A stretch of DNA of 64,000 bases, taken from positions 2,848,001 through 2,912,000 of the forward strand of contig CBDCTK010000002.1 in assembly GCA_965222225.1 (NCBI GenBank). Direction: 5' to 3'. A program made the translations under genes and the position numbers. This stretch comes from Candidatus Poribacteria bacterium. GTDB lineage: Bacteria; Poribacteria; WGA-4E; JAJDTR01. This document shows positions 41,935-52,380 of this stretch, in pieces (position 1 is the stretch's first letter; every line of letters begins with the position of its first letter). The notes beneath the pieces were generated by a model. That model was not told where the DNA came from. It searched no databases and saw nothing but the letters and a program-made list of their open reading frames with translations.

Positions 41935-42053
41935 ATACGGAATCATATTGTCCTATTTATCTCTGTTGTGTGTAATCTTACGAGTCAATCCGTTGGCCAA
42001 ACCTAATCCTTACCAACGTGTCTAACTTATCAAAAACGTGAAAGAAAAAGAAG

Positions 42054-43070
42054 GTGACTGATATGCAGATCTGGATTATACGCGCATTCTTTATGATCTT
42101 GAGCGCTGCCTTCGGTTATGGCATAGATGGTATCTATGGAGGAGCTGTAGCGTTAATCGTCGCTATCATTGCGATTGGGCTTGAATCATCCGTCCCGCGT
42201 CCGCTACTTCGAGATTTCTTTGCTTGTCTAGTTGGGTTGACCTTTGGTCTTATTACTGCAGGTGTAGTCATTTACATTATGTCTCAAACGACCACAGTAA
42301 ACCCGATGGCAAAGATGGGCACAGTTCTCGTGATGAGTTATGCCGGAATGATGATTATCTATCGCAGACGAAAAAACTTTGGACTTTTCTCTCGACCTAC
42401 GCAAGGCGGGTCCTCCTCGTCACCAAGCTACAAGATTCTGGATACCAGTGTTATTATTGACGGCAGAATTCTTGAGATTTGCCAATCGGGATTTCTCACG
42501 GGCATCATCGTGATACCAAGATTTGTCCTGAACGAGTTACAGCACATCGCGGATTCCACGGAACAGCTCCGGCGAAACAAGGGACGACGTGGTTTTAAGA
42601 TTTTGCGTGATTTGCAGAATGACCCGGACATGGAGGTCGATATCACCGAGGAGGATTTTCCGGACATCGCCGAGGTTGACGCAAAGCTGGTTCGTCTTGC
42701 CCAAGAGCTGGATGCGAAGGTCGTGACAAACGACTTCAACTTGAGCAAAGTTGCGGAGCTGCAGGGCGTGACTGTTTTGAACATCAATGCACTTGCCAAT
42801 GCGGTCCGTCCCGTTGTGGTGGCTGGTGAGGTCATTCAGGTTCATGTTCTCAAAGAGGGCAAGGAGCTGAATCAAGGTGTTGGCTATCTTGATGATGGAA
42901 CGATGGTTATTGTCGAGGGTGGAAAGTCTCATGTCGGGCAGATAATTGATGTTGTGGTCACGCAAATGTTGAGGACGAGCGCGGGACAGATGATTTTCAC
43001 CCGTAGAAAAGCCGATGAAGTGGACGCAAACGAATCAGAAGATATGCGCTCTTATCCCCGCGGCTGGTAG
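42054..43070 (+). CDS. PIN/TRAM domain membrane protein (YacL-like)
   Basis: ILDTSVIIDGRI, TNDFNL.KVA, QGVGYLDDGTM. Confidence 0.93.
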   Translation: MTDMQIWIIRAFFMILSAAFGYGIDGIYGGAVALIVAIIAIGLESSVPRPLLRDFFACLVGLTFGLITAGVVIYIMSQTTTVNPMAKMGTVLVMSYAGMMIIYRRRKNFGLFSRPTQGGSSSSPSYKILDTSVIIDGRILEICQSGFLTGIIVIPRFVLNELQHIADSTEQLRRNKGRRGFKILRDLQNDPDMEVDITEEDFPDIAEVDAKLVRLAQELDAKVVTNDFNLSKVAELQGVTVLNINALANAVRPVVVAGEVIQVHVLKEGKELNQGVGYLDDGTMVIVEGGKSHVGQIIDVVVTQMLRTSAGQMIFTRRKADEVDANESEDMRSYPRGW

Positions 43071-43728
43071 TGGTAGCCGGATGCGGAACTCGGCGAAGAA
43101 GCCGTACCTCAATCTAGGTGATAAACCGATTCTCGTACATACAATTGGCGTATTTGATCGAAATCCGGTCATTGATACAATCTCCGTAATTGTTGATGCC
43201 GCCGATCTGGAGATGTGCCAATCGACGGTTATCGCTCCGAATGCTTTCCAAAAGGTGGGAGACTTGGTTGTCGGTGGAGAAACACGCCAAGCGTCTGTGT
43301 TCAATGGCCTTCAATCTCTACCGACCGATGTAGATTGTGTCATCGTTCATGACGGGGTTCGTCCGTTTGTGACAGATGAGGTTATCTTTGCCTGTATTGA
43401 GGCGGCTGACGAGTGGGGAGCGGCTGTAGCAGCCGTTCCGGTTAAGGATACAATCAAGGTTGCAAGCGCGGACGGATTTATCGTGGACACACCGGATCGA
43501 GATAAATTGTGGTCAGTGCAGACGCCTCAAGCCTTCCGCGCAACGGTGCTATTAGACTCACATGCGTATGCACAACGGCAGCGGATAACAGCAACCGACG
43601 ACGCTATGCTTGTCGAGCAACTCGGCTTCAAGGTTAAGATAGTCTCGGGAAGCGATTCCAACTTGAAGATTACAACTCCCGGCGATCTGATAATTGCCGA
43701 GGCGCTGAAGAGGGGGGCATGCGCGTAG
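43015..43728 (+). CDS. ispD: 2-C-methyl-D-erythritol 4-phosphate cytidylyltransferase
   Basis: [32 protein letters not shown]. Confidence 0.97.
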   Translation: MKWTQTNQKICALIPAAGSGSRMRNSAKKPYLNLGDKPILVHTIGVFDRNPVIDTISVIVDAADLEMCQSTVIAPNAFQKVGDLVVGGETRQASVFNGLQSLPTDVDCVIVHDGVRPFVTDEVIFACIEAADEWGAAVAAVPVKDTIKVASADGFIVDTPDRDKLWSVQTPQAFRATVLLDSHAYAQRQRITATDDAMLVEQLGFKVKIVSGSDSNLKITTPGDLIIAEALKRGACA

Positions 43729-44198
43729 GAATTGGTTACGACCTTCACCGACTCGTGCCAAACCGCAAGTTGATTCTGGGCGGTGTTGAAATTCCACACA
43801 CGCTAGGGTTGCTAGGACACTCGGATGCGGATGTACTGACCCATGCTATCAGTGATGCGATATTGGGCGCCGCGGCGTTGGGAGACATCGGTTCGCATTT
43901 TCCGGATACCGACCCCGCGTACGAAGGGATAAACAGTCTCATTCTGCTCCGAAAGGTGAAAGCCAAAGTCGAGAATCTGGGTTTCGTCGTTCAGAATGTG
44001 GACAGTACAGTCATCGCTCAACGACCAAAGTTAGCGCCTCATATTCCCGAAATGCGGGGGCGTCTTGCTGCAACCTTAGGACTTTCCGCAAATGAGGTTA
44101 ACGTCAAAGCCACAACGTGGGAAGGCGTAGGCGTCGTTGGCAAGGAGGAGGCAATCGTAGCTCAAGCGATTGTCTGTCTGGTTGAGCATCGGGACTAA
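43719..44198 (+). CDS. ispF: MECDP synthase
   Basis: [20 protein letters not shown]. Confidence 0.98.
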   Translation: MRVGIGYDLHRLVPNRKLILGGVEIPHTLGLLGHSDADVLTHAISDAILGAAALGDIGSHFPDTDPAYEGINSLILLRKVKAKVENLGFVVQNVDSTVIAQRPKLAPHIPEMRGRLAATLGLSANEVNVKATTWEGVGVVGKEEAIVAQAIVCLVEHRD

Positions 44199-44249
44199 GA
44201 TTAAGGATTGTGCTACAGGGGTCAATCATCATTTTCCAGAGGCAAATAG

Positions 44250-45707
44250 ATGGCGTTGCATATTTATAATTCGCTCAACCGACAACTAGAAGAATTTATT
44301 CCGCTTCAAGATGGAAAAGTGTTAATGTATAGTTGCGGTCCCACGGTCTATGATTTCTTTCACATCGGCAATGCCCGTACATTCTTGGTTTCCGATATTG
44401 TTCGCCGCTACCTTGAATACAAAGGGTATTCGGTCACATTAGTACAAAACCTTACGGACATTGATGATAAGATTATCAACCGTGCATCAGAGATGGGAAT
44501 AGACGTACCGTTGCTCGCCAAGAACAATGCGGAGGCGTATTTTGAGGATTCGGAGTGTCTTGGCATTCGCGCGGCAGACGTTCATCCGAGAGCAACCGAA
44601 CATATTCCGGAGATTATTGAATTAATCCGTATCCTGATGGATAAAGGGGCTGCGTATGCCGTGGATGGCGATGTGTACTACCGCGTGGACTGCTTTGATG
44701 GATACGGTAAGCTCTCCCATCGCCGTCCCGAAGATTTGCTTGCCGGAGCGAGAGTTGAAGTCAATGAGCGAAAAGAGGACGCGCGAGATTTTGACCTGTG
44801 GAAGAAAGCCAAGCCGGGAGAGCCTTGGTGGGACAGCCCTTGGGGAAAGGGGCGCCCCGGGTGGCATATCGAATGTTCCGCAATGGCGATGAAGCACCTT
44901 GGTGAGACGATTGACATTCATGCTGGCGGACAAGATCTCCAATTCCCGCATCATGAAAATGAGATTGCCCAGAGCGAGTTGGCAACGGGAAAACCGTTTG
45001 CGCGATACTGGCTGCACGTCGCATTCTTGCGGGTTAATGGGCAGCGCATGGGAAAGTCGGAACGGAATTTCATCTTTGTGCGCGATGCTCTAAAGGATTA
45101 TTCTGCCGAAGCGATTCGCCACTTCCTAATCTCGGCACACTACCGTCATCCATTGGACTATAGTTCATCAAGCCTAAAGGAGTCGAGCAGCGCGATACGA
45201 CGTTTGAATAATTGTCTAGATGCCTTGAAACCGTACCAAAGTATGACCGACACGAGTCTTCTAGACAGCGATACTTTTAGCGAAGTTGATACTTCAATTC
45301 TTGAGGCGATTCAATCCATGCGAGATGGATTTGAAGAGGCTATGGATGCCGACTTCAATACGGCTAGGGCGATAGGGGAAATTTTCAAATTTGTCGGCGA
45401 AGTCAACCAAACACTTGCGGAAACTGGCGAGAATCTTGCCGACACCACAAAAGCGGCGTTGGGTAGAGGATATGGTAGCCTTAAAGAGATGTGTGAAGTA
45501 CTTGGAATTTACAGTGAATTGACCGAATCCGGCGATGGGAACATGGAGTTGCTGAATCAGTTAATGAATCTCATTATAGAAATACGTCAAACGGCGAGGC
45601 TGCACAAAGATTGGGAAACCGCGGATAAAATTCGTGATAGGCTAAAACAACTCAATATCGAGTTGCAAGATACTCGACACGATGTAACTTGGAAAATCAC
45701 CGATTAA
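44250..45707 (+). CDS. cysS: Cysteine--tRNA ligase
   Basis: CGPTVY, HIGN, GRPGWHIECS, FPHHENE, RMGKS. Confidence 0.98.
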   Translation: MALHIYNSLNRQLEEFIPLQDGKVLMYSCGPTVYDFFHIGNARTFLVSDIVRRYLEYKGYSVTLVQNLTDIDDKIINRASEMGIDVPLLAKNNAEAYFEDSECLGIRAADVHPRATEHIPEIIELIRILMDKGAAYAVDGDVYYRVDCFDGYGKLSHRRPEDLLAGARVEVNERKEDARDFDLWKKAKPGEPWWDSPWGKGRPGWHIECSAMAMKHLGETIDIHAGGQDLQFPHHENEIAQSELATGKPFARYWLHVAFLRVNGQRMGKSERNFIFVRDALKDYSAEAIRHFLISAHYRHPLDYSSSSLKESSSAIRRLNNCLDALKPYQSMTDTSLLDSDTFSEVDTSILEAIQSMRDGFEEAMDADFNTARAIGEIFKFVGEVNQTLAETGENLADTTKAALGRGYGSLKEMCEVLGIYSELTESGDGNMELLNQLMNLIIEIRQTARLHKDWETADKIRDRLKQLNIELQDTRHDVTWKITD

Positions 45708-45830
45708 GGTTCTGCACCACGCGAAAATTACTAAAGAAAAACGCATTTTATTTTGGGATCTTGGGTTCAACGACTATTCAGCCAAAGGGGGAACCTACTA
45801 CCCCGATTCTCAATATACAAGGAGTTCAAA

Positions 45831-46469
45831 ATGTCTCGTTTAACTGTTTCCTTATTGCTGTTTATCTGCCTTTTGGGCATTCCTTCCTGTTCTAAAGTCA
45901 TCTCAAAACAGGAATGGAGTGAAAATTACGCGCTTATGGATGGGGTGAAGTCTACAAGCCCTGAAATGATTGATGGGAACCTGAAAACTCTCGGCAAAAC
46001 ACTATTCCCTGTTGAACAAAACCTCTACGGCGGAAGCCCCGCTTCCGATGTGGTTATCACGTTGCCGAAAAAACGAAAGATTAGCCGAATAGTCATTCAT
46101 TCGCAAAATTTGAAGACATTCGACGTGTTAGCCGATAAAGGGGGAGGCACCGGTGACCGGATAGATTGGAAACTGGTCGGAGAGGTTAAGAGCGTTCAGA
46201 AAAACCTCGTAGATCTGTCCTTAGGCGGCACATTTCCTACTGATAGAATTAGGGTCCGCGTACTGTCGACGAGCGACGATGCGGAACTCCGACGTAGACA
46301 CAGAGCACGTACCGGTGGCGGCCGAGGACACGGCGCCCACCGTCGTGCCGCCGGGGAAATCTTTGAGGTCGAATTGTACGGCTATCAATCGGCAGGGGAA
46401 ATCGCGGAAAAGGAGGCGGAAGAAATACTTGATTCCCGCGAGAAGGAACTCGATGACTTGTTGAAGTAA
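45831..46469 (+). CDS. Hypothetical lipoprotein, discoidin-like beta-sandwich
   Basis: SD AAGGAG; LGIPSC lipobox; WSENYAL, ISRIVIH. Confidence 0.75.
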   Translation: MSRLTVSLLLFICLLGIPSCSKVISKQEWSENYALMDGVKSTSPEMIDGNLKTLGKTLFPVEQNLYGGSPASDVVITLPKKRKISRIVIHSQNLKTFDVLADKGGGTGDRIDWKLVGEVKSVQKNLVDLSLGGTFPTDRIRVRVLSTSDDAELRRRHRARTGGGRGHGAHRRAAGEIFEVELYGYQSAGEIAEKEAEEILDSREKELDDLLK

Positions 46470-46786
46470 CACGTGTCTTCCATTTTAAGATACGCAAGAG
46501 CTACAACCAATATAGAACTTACGTACTTTACCTTGAGGTAGCCCGACTCATTGGGCTTTATGAAGTTGTGTTCTGTGGCGGCGAATCGCGGAGCAAAGCA
46601 TTCTTGGAGTTTTAACTGCATGAGTCAACGTAAGGATATTTTGATCGCCGGGATTCTGTCAGCTTGCATTTGCTTGAAATCTTTTATATAATGAATCGGC
46701 CACGTTAGCGGAAAGTTCTAGCCCGAGGGCAAATGTCTAGGGTTAGGGCATTGCGCTCGAATCTCTAATACCGAAGGAGGAAAAAA

Positions 46787-47383
46787 ATGCGTTCTACGGC
46801 ATTAACGTTTACACTTGTTATCATAGTCTCAGCCTTACTCGCGAGTTGTGTGAGTACCGGCCCCAAGGTCCAATGGAGTAAAAATCTCGCCATCGAAGCC
46901 ACTAGTCGGGATCCCAATTCCAGGTTCCACGACGACAATCTATATACAGAGGGAGAAACCGGCCCCATTGTTGAGGATGAAAAGGATAAGGAATCGCAAT
47001 TGGAAGCCGACAAATACAGCGAAGCCGTCCTTGAGTGGCTTAACCCTCAGAAGATACAGCGAGTTGTCATCAAAGCCGACATCGGCGAGATGGAATATTT
47101 CAGGATTCAGTATTTGGACGATCAGAAGGAATGGCTGACCCTTCGCGAGGTCAAGGATCATGTCCGAGAAGTATACCAGACCAAGTTTAAGGAACCGGTG
47201 ATGTCTCGCAAGCTACGCCTGTTGGTTCCGCGCTCTTGGGAGTCGCGTCGCGTTGGTGGCGGGAAGCGAACACAGAGAAGTGATGGCGGAGCGCCTGTTC
47301 TGACTTATAAGAAGATTCGAGAAATTGAAGTTTACTACGCTCTGCCGCCAGAGGAGCCGGTAGCACCGGTAGCAAGCGAGTGA
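46787..47383 (+). CDS. Hypothetical lipoprotein, distant paralogue of the upstream gene
   Basis: SD AAGGAGG; LLASC lipobox; WSKNLAI, IQRVVIK, IREIEVY. Confidence 0.75.
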   Translation: MRSTALTFTLVIIVSALLASCVSTGPKVQWSKNLAIEATSRDPNSRFHDDNLYTEGETGPIVEDEKDKESQLEADKYSEAVLEWLNPQKIQRVVIKADIGEMEYFRIQYLDDQKEWLTLREVKDHVREVYQTKFKEPVMSRKLRLLVPRSWESRRVGGGKRTQRSDGGAPVLTYKKIREIEVYYALPPEEPVAPVASE

Positions 47384-47386
47384 GCG

Positions 47387-48619
47387 GTGCCAATGATATT
47401 CTCCGAGGAGACGAAGAGTTTAGTCCATCTCAGTATCATTCCCGGAGTGGGTTATCAAACCATACAACGTCTGTTGGTTGCCTTTGGCTCCGCGCAGAGA
47501 GCTTTAGACGCGACACTGGAAGAGCTAACTCAAGTTGAAGGGCTCTCCCCAAATGTTGGCCAACGGTTGATTCGTGGTAAATCCCGTGTTTTCGTAGACC
47601 AAGAATTGGAACTTATCGAGGCACACAATTGCCACTTGGTCGCCATCAATGACAGCGCCTACCCAATGCTCCTCAAGGAGATTGCCGATCCCCCACATTT
47701 GCTCTACGTGCGGGGTGAACTCGGTCAACCGGATGCGCCGAGCATAACTGTTGTCGGGACTCGAAGTCCGACGAACTACGGTAAGACAATTAGTCGCCAA
47801 TTAAGCCAACAACTCGCGGAAAACGGTGTTACCGTCATCAGCGGTTTTGCTAGAGGGATTGATACGTGCGCACACCAGGGGGCACTTCAGGCAAACGGGC
47901 GAACAATTGCTGTCCTCGGCAATGGCTTGAGTCAAATATACCCGGACGAAAACAAAGATCTCGCGGATGAAATCGTGAAATCCGGAGCGCTAATTTCGGA
48001 ATTTTCGATGTCGGTGCCGCCCTTTCCAAAGAACTTCCCGCGTCGCAACCGGTTGGTAAGCGGTATGAGTTCCGGAACGGTGGTGGTTGAAGCATCGGTT
48101 CGCAGCGGATCGTTGATTACCGCGCGCCACGCCGCGGAGCAGGGACGGGAAGTGTTCGCCGTACCAGGTCAAATTTTCTCCAATCAATCACGAGGCTCGC
48201 ACCAACTAATTAACCAAGGGGCGAAGTTGATAAACGCTATCGACGACATTTGGGAAGCCTTCCCGGATCGGCGTTTGACTCCAACCCTCACTTCTTCACT
48301 AGCTCAGCTCCCTTTAGATAGTAGCGCCGCTTCTCGGGGACGGGCGAACTCCAATCTCTTCGCCGAAGTGCTTGACCGAGATACATCTATCGGGAGTATG
48401 GGAACGCCTGCGGTAAAACCGACAATACAATCGACACCCGAGCTTAGCGCCGATGAACGAACTGTTCTTGAGGCAATTGATGTCCCATGTTCGCACATCG
48501 ACCAGATCGCTCGGACGGCATCGCTTCCTATGAACAAAGTCTCCAGTACGCTCGTTATGCTTGAACTCAAGGGAATCGTCCAGCAAATGCCGGGCAAGCA
48601 GTTTGCCCGACAATCGTAA
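47387..48619 (+). CDS. dprA: DNA-processing protein DprA
   Basis: VVGTR, SGFARGID, NFPRRNR, SGSLITA, C-terminal wHTH (LELKG). Confidence 0.96.
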   Translation: MPMIFSEETKSLVHLSIIPGVGYQTIQRLLVAFGSAQRALDATLEELTQVEGLSPNVGQRLIRGKSRVFVDQELELIEAHNCHLVAINDSAYPMLLKEIADPPHLLYVRGELGQPDAPSITVVGTRSPTNYGKTISRQLSQQLAENGVTVISGFARGIDTCAHQGALQANGRTIAVLGNGLSQIYPDENKDLADEIVKSGALISEFSMSVPPFPKNFPRRNRLVSGMSSGTVVVEASVRSGSLITARHAAEQGREVFAVPGQIFSNQSRGSHQLINQGAKLINAIDDIWEAFPDRRLTPTLTSSLAQLPLDSSAASRGRANSNLFAEVLDRDTSIGSMGTPAVKPTIQSTPELSADERTVLEAIDVPCSHIDQIARTASLPMNKVSSTLVMLELKGIVQQMPGKQFARQS

Positions 48620-48641
48620 TTGACAGACGGAGATTATAGAC

Positions 48642-49607
48642 GTGCAGTCAAAACCGCTGAGTTTTGAAAAACCGCTAAACGAACTCAATCAGCATATCGC
48701 GCAACTCAAAGGCTTTGCCGAAGCCAATCCCGAACTGGACCTAGCCCCGGGAATCGGAGCGCTTGAGAAAAACCTTGCCAACCTCACGAAGCAGGCGTTT
48801 CAAAAATTGACCCGCTGGGATAAGGTGTGGCTGGCGCGACACGAGCAGCGTCCGCAGGCGTCGACTTATATCCGAGCATTCTTCGATGATTCTATTGAGT
48901 TACGGGGGGATCGGTTACATGCGGATGACCGCGCGCTAATAGCCGGGTTGGCGCAGTTCGATGGACACCCCATCGCGTACTTGGCGCAGCAGAAGGGCAC
49001 AAATCTTGAAGAGCGGCAAGAAATGAATTTCGGGTACACGCACCCGGAGGGTTACCGCAAAGCACGGCGCGTGATGAAATTGGCGGAAAAGTTTGGTTTG
49101 CCTTTAATTTGCCTTGTCGATACCCCGGGCGCCCACTTCGATCGACGCTCGGAGGAATATGGGCAAGCCATGGCGATTGCCGAGAATCTCGCCGAGATGG
49201 CGTCGTTGCGCGTACCGATTATTGTTGTCTTGATTGGCGAAGGAGGCAGCGGGGGCGCGTTAGCCATTGCGGTTGGAGATCGAGTGCTTATGATGGAGCA
49301 CGCGGTGTACTGTGTCGCGCCTCCCGAGGCGTGCAGCGGCATTGTGTGGAAGGATCAGGGACAACACGCCCCCGAAGCGGCGGAAGGGCTCAAACCAACT
49401 GCGGACGATTTGTTGAAGCTGGGAATCATTGATGAAATCATCCCCGAGCCCCTCGGCGGAGCACACCGAGATGTCTCGCTTGCCACCAGACGGGTCAAGA
49501 TGGCTATTCGAAAACATCTCAACGCATTGCTGGAGATTGATGCGGAGCAACTCGTCCAAGATCGATATGAGCGGTATCGAAAGATTGGCGTCTATGGTGA
49601 GGAGTGA
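48642..49607 (+). CDS. accA: Acetyl-CoA carboxylase carboxyltransferase alpha
   Basis: PEGYRKA, VDTPGA, GEGGSGGALA, PEPLGGAHR. Confidence 0.97.
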   Translation: MQSKPLSFEKPLNELNQHIAQLKGFAEANPELDLAPGIGALEKNLANLTKQAFQKLTRWDKVWLARHEQRPQASTYIRAFFDDSIELRGDRLHADDRALIAGLAQFDGHPIAYLAQQKGTNLEERQEMNFGYTHPEGYRKARRVMKLAEKFGLPLICLVDTPGAHFDRRSEEYGQAMAIAENLAEMASLRVPIIVVLIGEGGSGGALAIAVGDRVLMMEHAVYCVAPPEACSGIVWKDQGQHAPEAAEGLKPTADDLLKLGIIDEIIPEPLGGAHRDVSLATRRVKMAIRKHLNALLEIDAEQLVQDRYERYRKIGVYGEE

Positions 49608-49712
49608 AGATTGTCTAAATTCAGCGTTAAAAGCCTGTCTGAAAATAGATCTGTTGTTGGGAACGCAAATCTGTGTTCCCTACTTGCCTGATTCATAGAA
49701 ATAGACAAAGAC

Positions 49713-49740
49713 GTAGAGAATAACGATCGTTATTCTCTAC
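49713..49740. repeat. Perfect 28-bp palindrome GTAGAGAATAACGATCGTTATTCTCTAC within a REP/MITE-like intergenic region
   Basis: Exact self-complementarity with GTAG/CTAC ends. Confidence 0.85.
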
Positions 49741-49911
49741 AACAGCCCTACATCATGTGGTTATCGTGGAAAACTACCATTTCTGCTTTTTGCGCAAGTC
49801 CTGTCTATTCCATCCTACCAATCTTCCCGCCTTCCATAAACGGGTTTTCCATCTAGATTAAACAGGCGCTAAAACAACTCGCTCGACTATGATGTTTCCC
49901 CTGCCTTCGCT

Positions 49912-51072
49912 TTACTCTACAATTTCGGTTACGACGCCCATCCCAATCCGCGCTCCCATCTTCTTGATTTCAAAGCGTGTGCAGACCTGAAGCGCCATCG
50001 GGACATCAAGGGCAATAGACACATGCGCGTGCTCCCCGGGGTTGACCATCGGAACATCGGGAGGCAGGTGAAGGTGTCCGGTGACATCAATTGCCCAAAG
50101 ATGGATTTCGGGTTTATCGTTGCCAACAAGCGGCACGTGCGTCTTGCACTCCTCCGGCGTCATGACATAGACCGCCGCTTCAAAGACGGTATGGGATTTT
50201 ATGCTTTTCGGTTCCGACACCACCTGTCCCGGCGATATCCAACCGGGCTCGGCATCGACCTGCACCTCGCCATCTCGCAATGCGATCAAGCGCGTCTTGA
50301 CCCGCTCTCCCTTCCCTACAATGTCAACGGCGTGTCCGACAGCGAGCCCGCCTTGGATAACTTCGCCGCGTAGCGTTGAGATTCCCTTCGGATCGTCAGT
50401 CACTTCACGAATCGGCATCAACATCGGCAAATCTATAGGTTTAATCGGTTGGGGCATGCACCTGCCCATCGCAAGAATCAGATCGACAATCGGCTTCCAG
50501 TGCTCAGAGTCTAGATTGTGTCCCTTATATCTCAGCGCTTTCAGGGCGTCGCCAATGATAATCGATGAATTCTCCTCCTCGTAACCGTAATCCGTGAGAA
50601 GTTCGCGAATCTCCACCGCGCAAATCTCAATCAACTCCGGATCCTCAACCCTTTCGGTTTGATTGAGGAATGTAATAATGACGGGAACGTGAGTTTGGCG
50701 TGCAAGCCGAATCTGCGTCTCGGACGATTCGGTGACTCCATCGACCGCGCTCACCACCCAAATTGCTCCTCGGACTTCTGGCGAACCGCTAACCAGCATC
50801 TTGATGGTATCCGCATGGCTTAGGCAGTCGATTTGCGAGTAGTGTCTGCCACTCGTTTCATAGTCGACCGCGCGGTAATCAAGTCCCACGCCCTCACTAA
50901 TTGGGTGGTGACTCGCCTGTTGCGATTCGATGTCCTCCGAGTCTACCGGAGTCGATCCAATTCGAGACACCACTTTTGTCATCGCCGCGGTAAGTGAGGT
51001 TTTGCCCGCCTGCGCTCCCCCAAGCGTGCAAACTATCAGTGCTTCATGCCGGTAACCTCTTTTGTCGTCCAT
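49912..51072 (-). CDS. Degenerate elongation factor Tu paralogue
   Basis: GKTSLTAAMTKV, YETSGRHYSQIDCLSHAD, EIRELLTDYGY, FEAAVYVM, PMALQV..RFEI...GARIGMGVVTEI align to EF-Tu domains 1-3. Confidence 0.85.
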   Translation of the reverse strand: MDDKRGYRHEALIVCTLGGAQAGKTSLTAAMTKVVSRIGSTPVDSEDIESQQASHHPISEGVGLDYRAVDYETSGRHYSQIDCLSHADTIKMLVSGSPEVRGAIWVVSAVDGVTESSETQIRLARQTHVPVIITFLNQTERVEDPELIEICAVEIRELLTDYGYEEENSSIIIGDALKALRYKGHNLDSEHWKPIVDLILAMGRCMPQPIKPIDLPMLMPIREVTDDPKGISTLRGEVIQGGLAVGHAVDIVGKGERVKTRLIALRDGEVQVDAEPGWISPGQVVSEPKSIKSHTVFEAAVYVMTPEECKTHVPLVGNDKPEIHLWAIDVTGHLHLPPDVPMVNPGEHAHVSIALDVPMALQVCTRFEIKKMGARIGMGVVTEIVE

Positions 51073-51261
51073 GATTTCACCCTTCTATCCAAGATATTAT
51101 CTATAGTACCATGTTATCATATCATGACAGAAGGAAACAACAGCGACGTGATGCCCTGTGGCTCACGACGGGTTGTTTTCCGTTGACACGTGCTGCAACG
51201 AAACCTATAATTGGCACGGCGTCCGCCATCCGAACCAAGCCCGCTAACTCTGGAGATGCAC

Positions 51262-52149
51262 ATGATTCTTACGATGAACAAACACCCGTTGGAGTTGAAC
51301 GGAAAATATCTGGGAATGCTGCGCGAAGCCAACGACCTTCTCAGCGACTCCGAGGCGCTAAATGCGCGACTCGAAGAGGACGGTTACCTGCTTATCCGCA
51401 CGCTTCACAACCGCAAGAAGGTCGAGACAGCCCGCCGATTTCTTCTTGAAAAGCTTGATGAGAATGGACAACTCGACACATCCTGTCCACTGTTACAGGG
51501 AGTTCCGGCGGTGGGCAAACGTGGCACATTCCTCGGAGGAAACAAGGCGGTGACCCACGATTCGGCTTTCCTAGACGTGGTCGAGTCTCCGGAGATTATG
51601 AGTTTCTGCGAAGGGTATTTCGACGCCCCCGTGATTACGTACGATTATAAGTGGCTGCGCGTGATTCAGCCGGGAGGATATTCGGGGGCGCACTACGACA
51701 TCGTTTATATGGGGCGCGGCACCAAGCGCGTTCTCACCTGCTGGACGCCGCTTGGCGATGTCCCCCTCGAAATGGGCCCGTTGATGCTTTTGGTCGGTTC
51801 GCATCGGTTTGAGGCGATTAGAAGAACCTACGCGGAAATGGATGTTGACAGGGATCACGTTACCGGTTCGTTTTCGTATGACCCGATTGAATTGGTCGAT
51901 CGCTATGGCGGAAGGTGGGGAACGAGTTCATTCGAGATGGGAGATGTGCTAATCTTCGGCATGTACACAATGCACGCTTCACTGGATAACACCACCAATC
52001 GCTTTCGGCTAAGCACCGACACTCGCTATCAACGCGCCGACGAACCGGTGGATGAACGTTGGATTGGTGATAACCCCATCGCTCATTATGCGTGGACAAA
52101 GGGCGAAACAGTACCGATGGAGGAGATGCGGAAACGGTGGGGAGTGTAA
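51262..52149 (+). CDS. PhyH-family dioxygenase
   Basis: AHYDIVYMGRGT, HASLDN, STDTRYQ. Confidence 0.9.
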   Translation: MILTMNKHPLELNGKYLGMLREANDLLSDSEALNARLEEDGYLLIRTLHNRKKVETARRFLLEKLDENGQLDTSCPLLQGVPAVGKRGTFLGGNKAVTHDSAFLDVVESPEIMSFCEGYFDAPVITYDYKWLRVIQPGGYSGAHYDIVYMGRGTKRVLTCWTPLGDVPLEMGPLMLLVGSHRFEAIRRTYAEMDVDRDHVTGSFSYDPIELVDRYGGRWGTSSFEMGDVLIFGMYTMHASLDNTTNRFRLSTDTRYQRADEPVDERWIGDNPIAHYAWTKGETVPMEEMRKRWGV

Positions 52150-52150
52150 A

Positions 52151-52187
52151 AAGGCTGGAAGATGGGAAGGGCGGAAGACGGGAAGAC
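52151..52187 (+). repeat. Octamer purine-rich tandem repeat (GGAAGNNN)
   Basis: ggctggaa gatgggaa gggcggaa gacgggaa; reverse-sense relatives near 13286 and 49805-49836. Confidence 0.55.
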
Positions 52188-52380
52188 AACTGGCGGTTTG
52201 GGAAATACCAATCCCGAAACTCAAAGCGGAGCCAAACCCACGAAGATTACGCGTACAAAAACGGGGTAAACGGTTGTTAACCGGTTTCGCCAAAAGACGG
52301 ATTCGATTGTTCCAAATTCGCTATTGAAATCAATAGGCTGAATACCTGCAAACTCCTGTTTCGTAGATTGTGTTGTGGGT

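Noticed and set aside
46690-46780. c-di-GMP-like riboswitch (GGGCAAA)
   Set aside because: The remaining consensus elements are missing.
49912-51072. Calling this gene tuf or selB
   Set aside because: G motifs are too degenerate for tuf, and it lacks the SelB C-terminal winged-helix domain.
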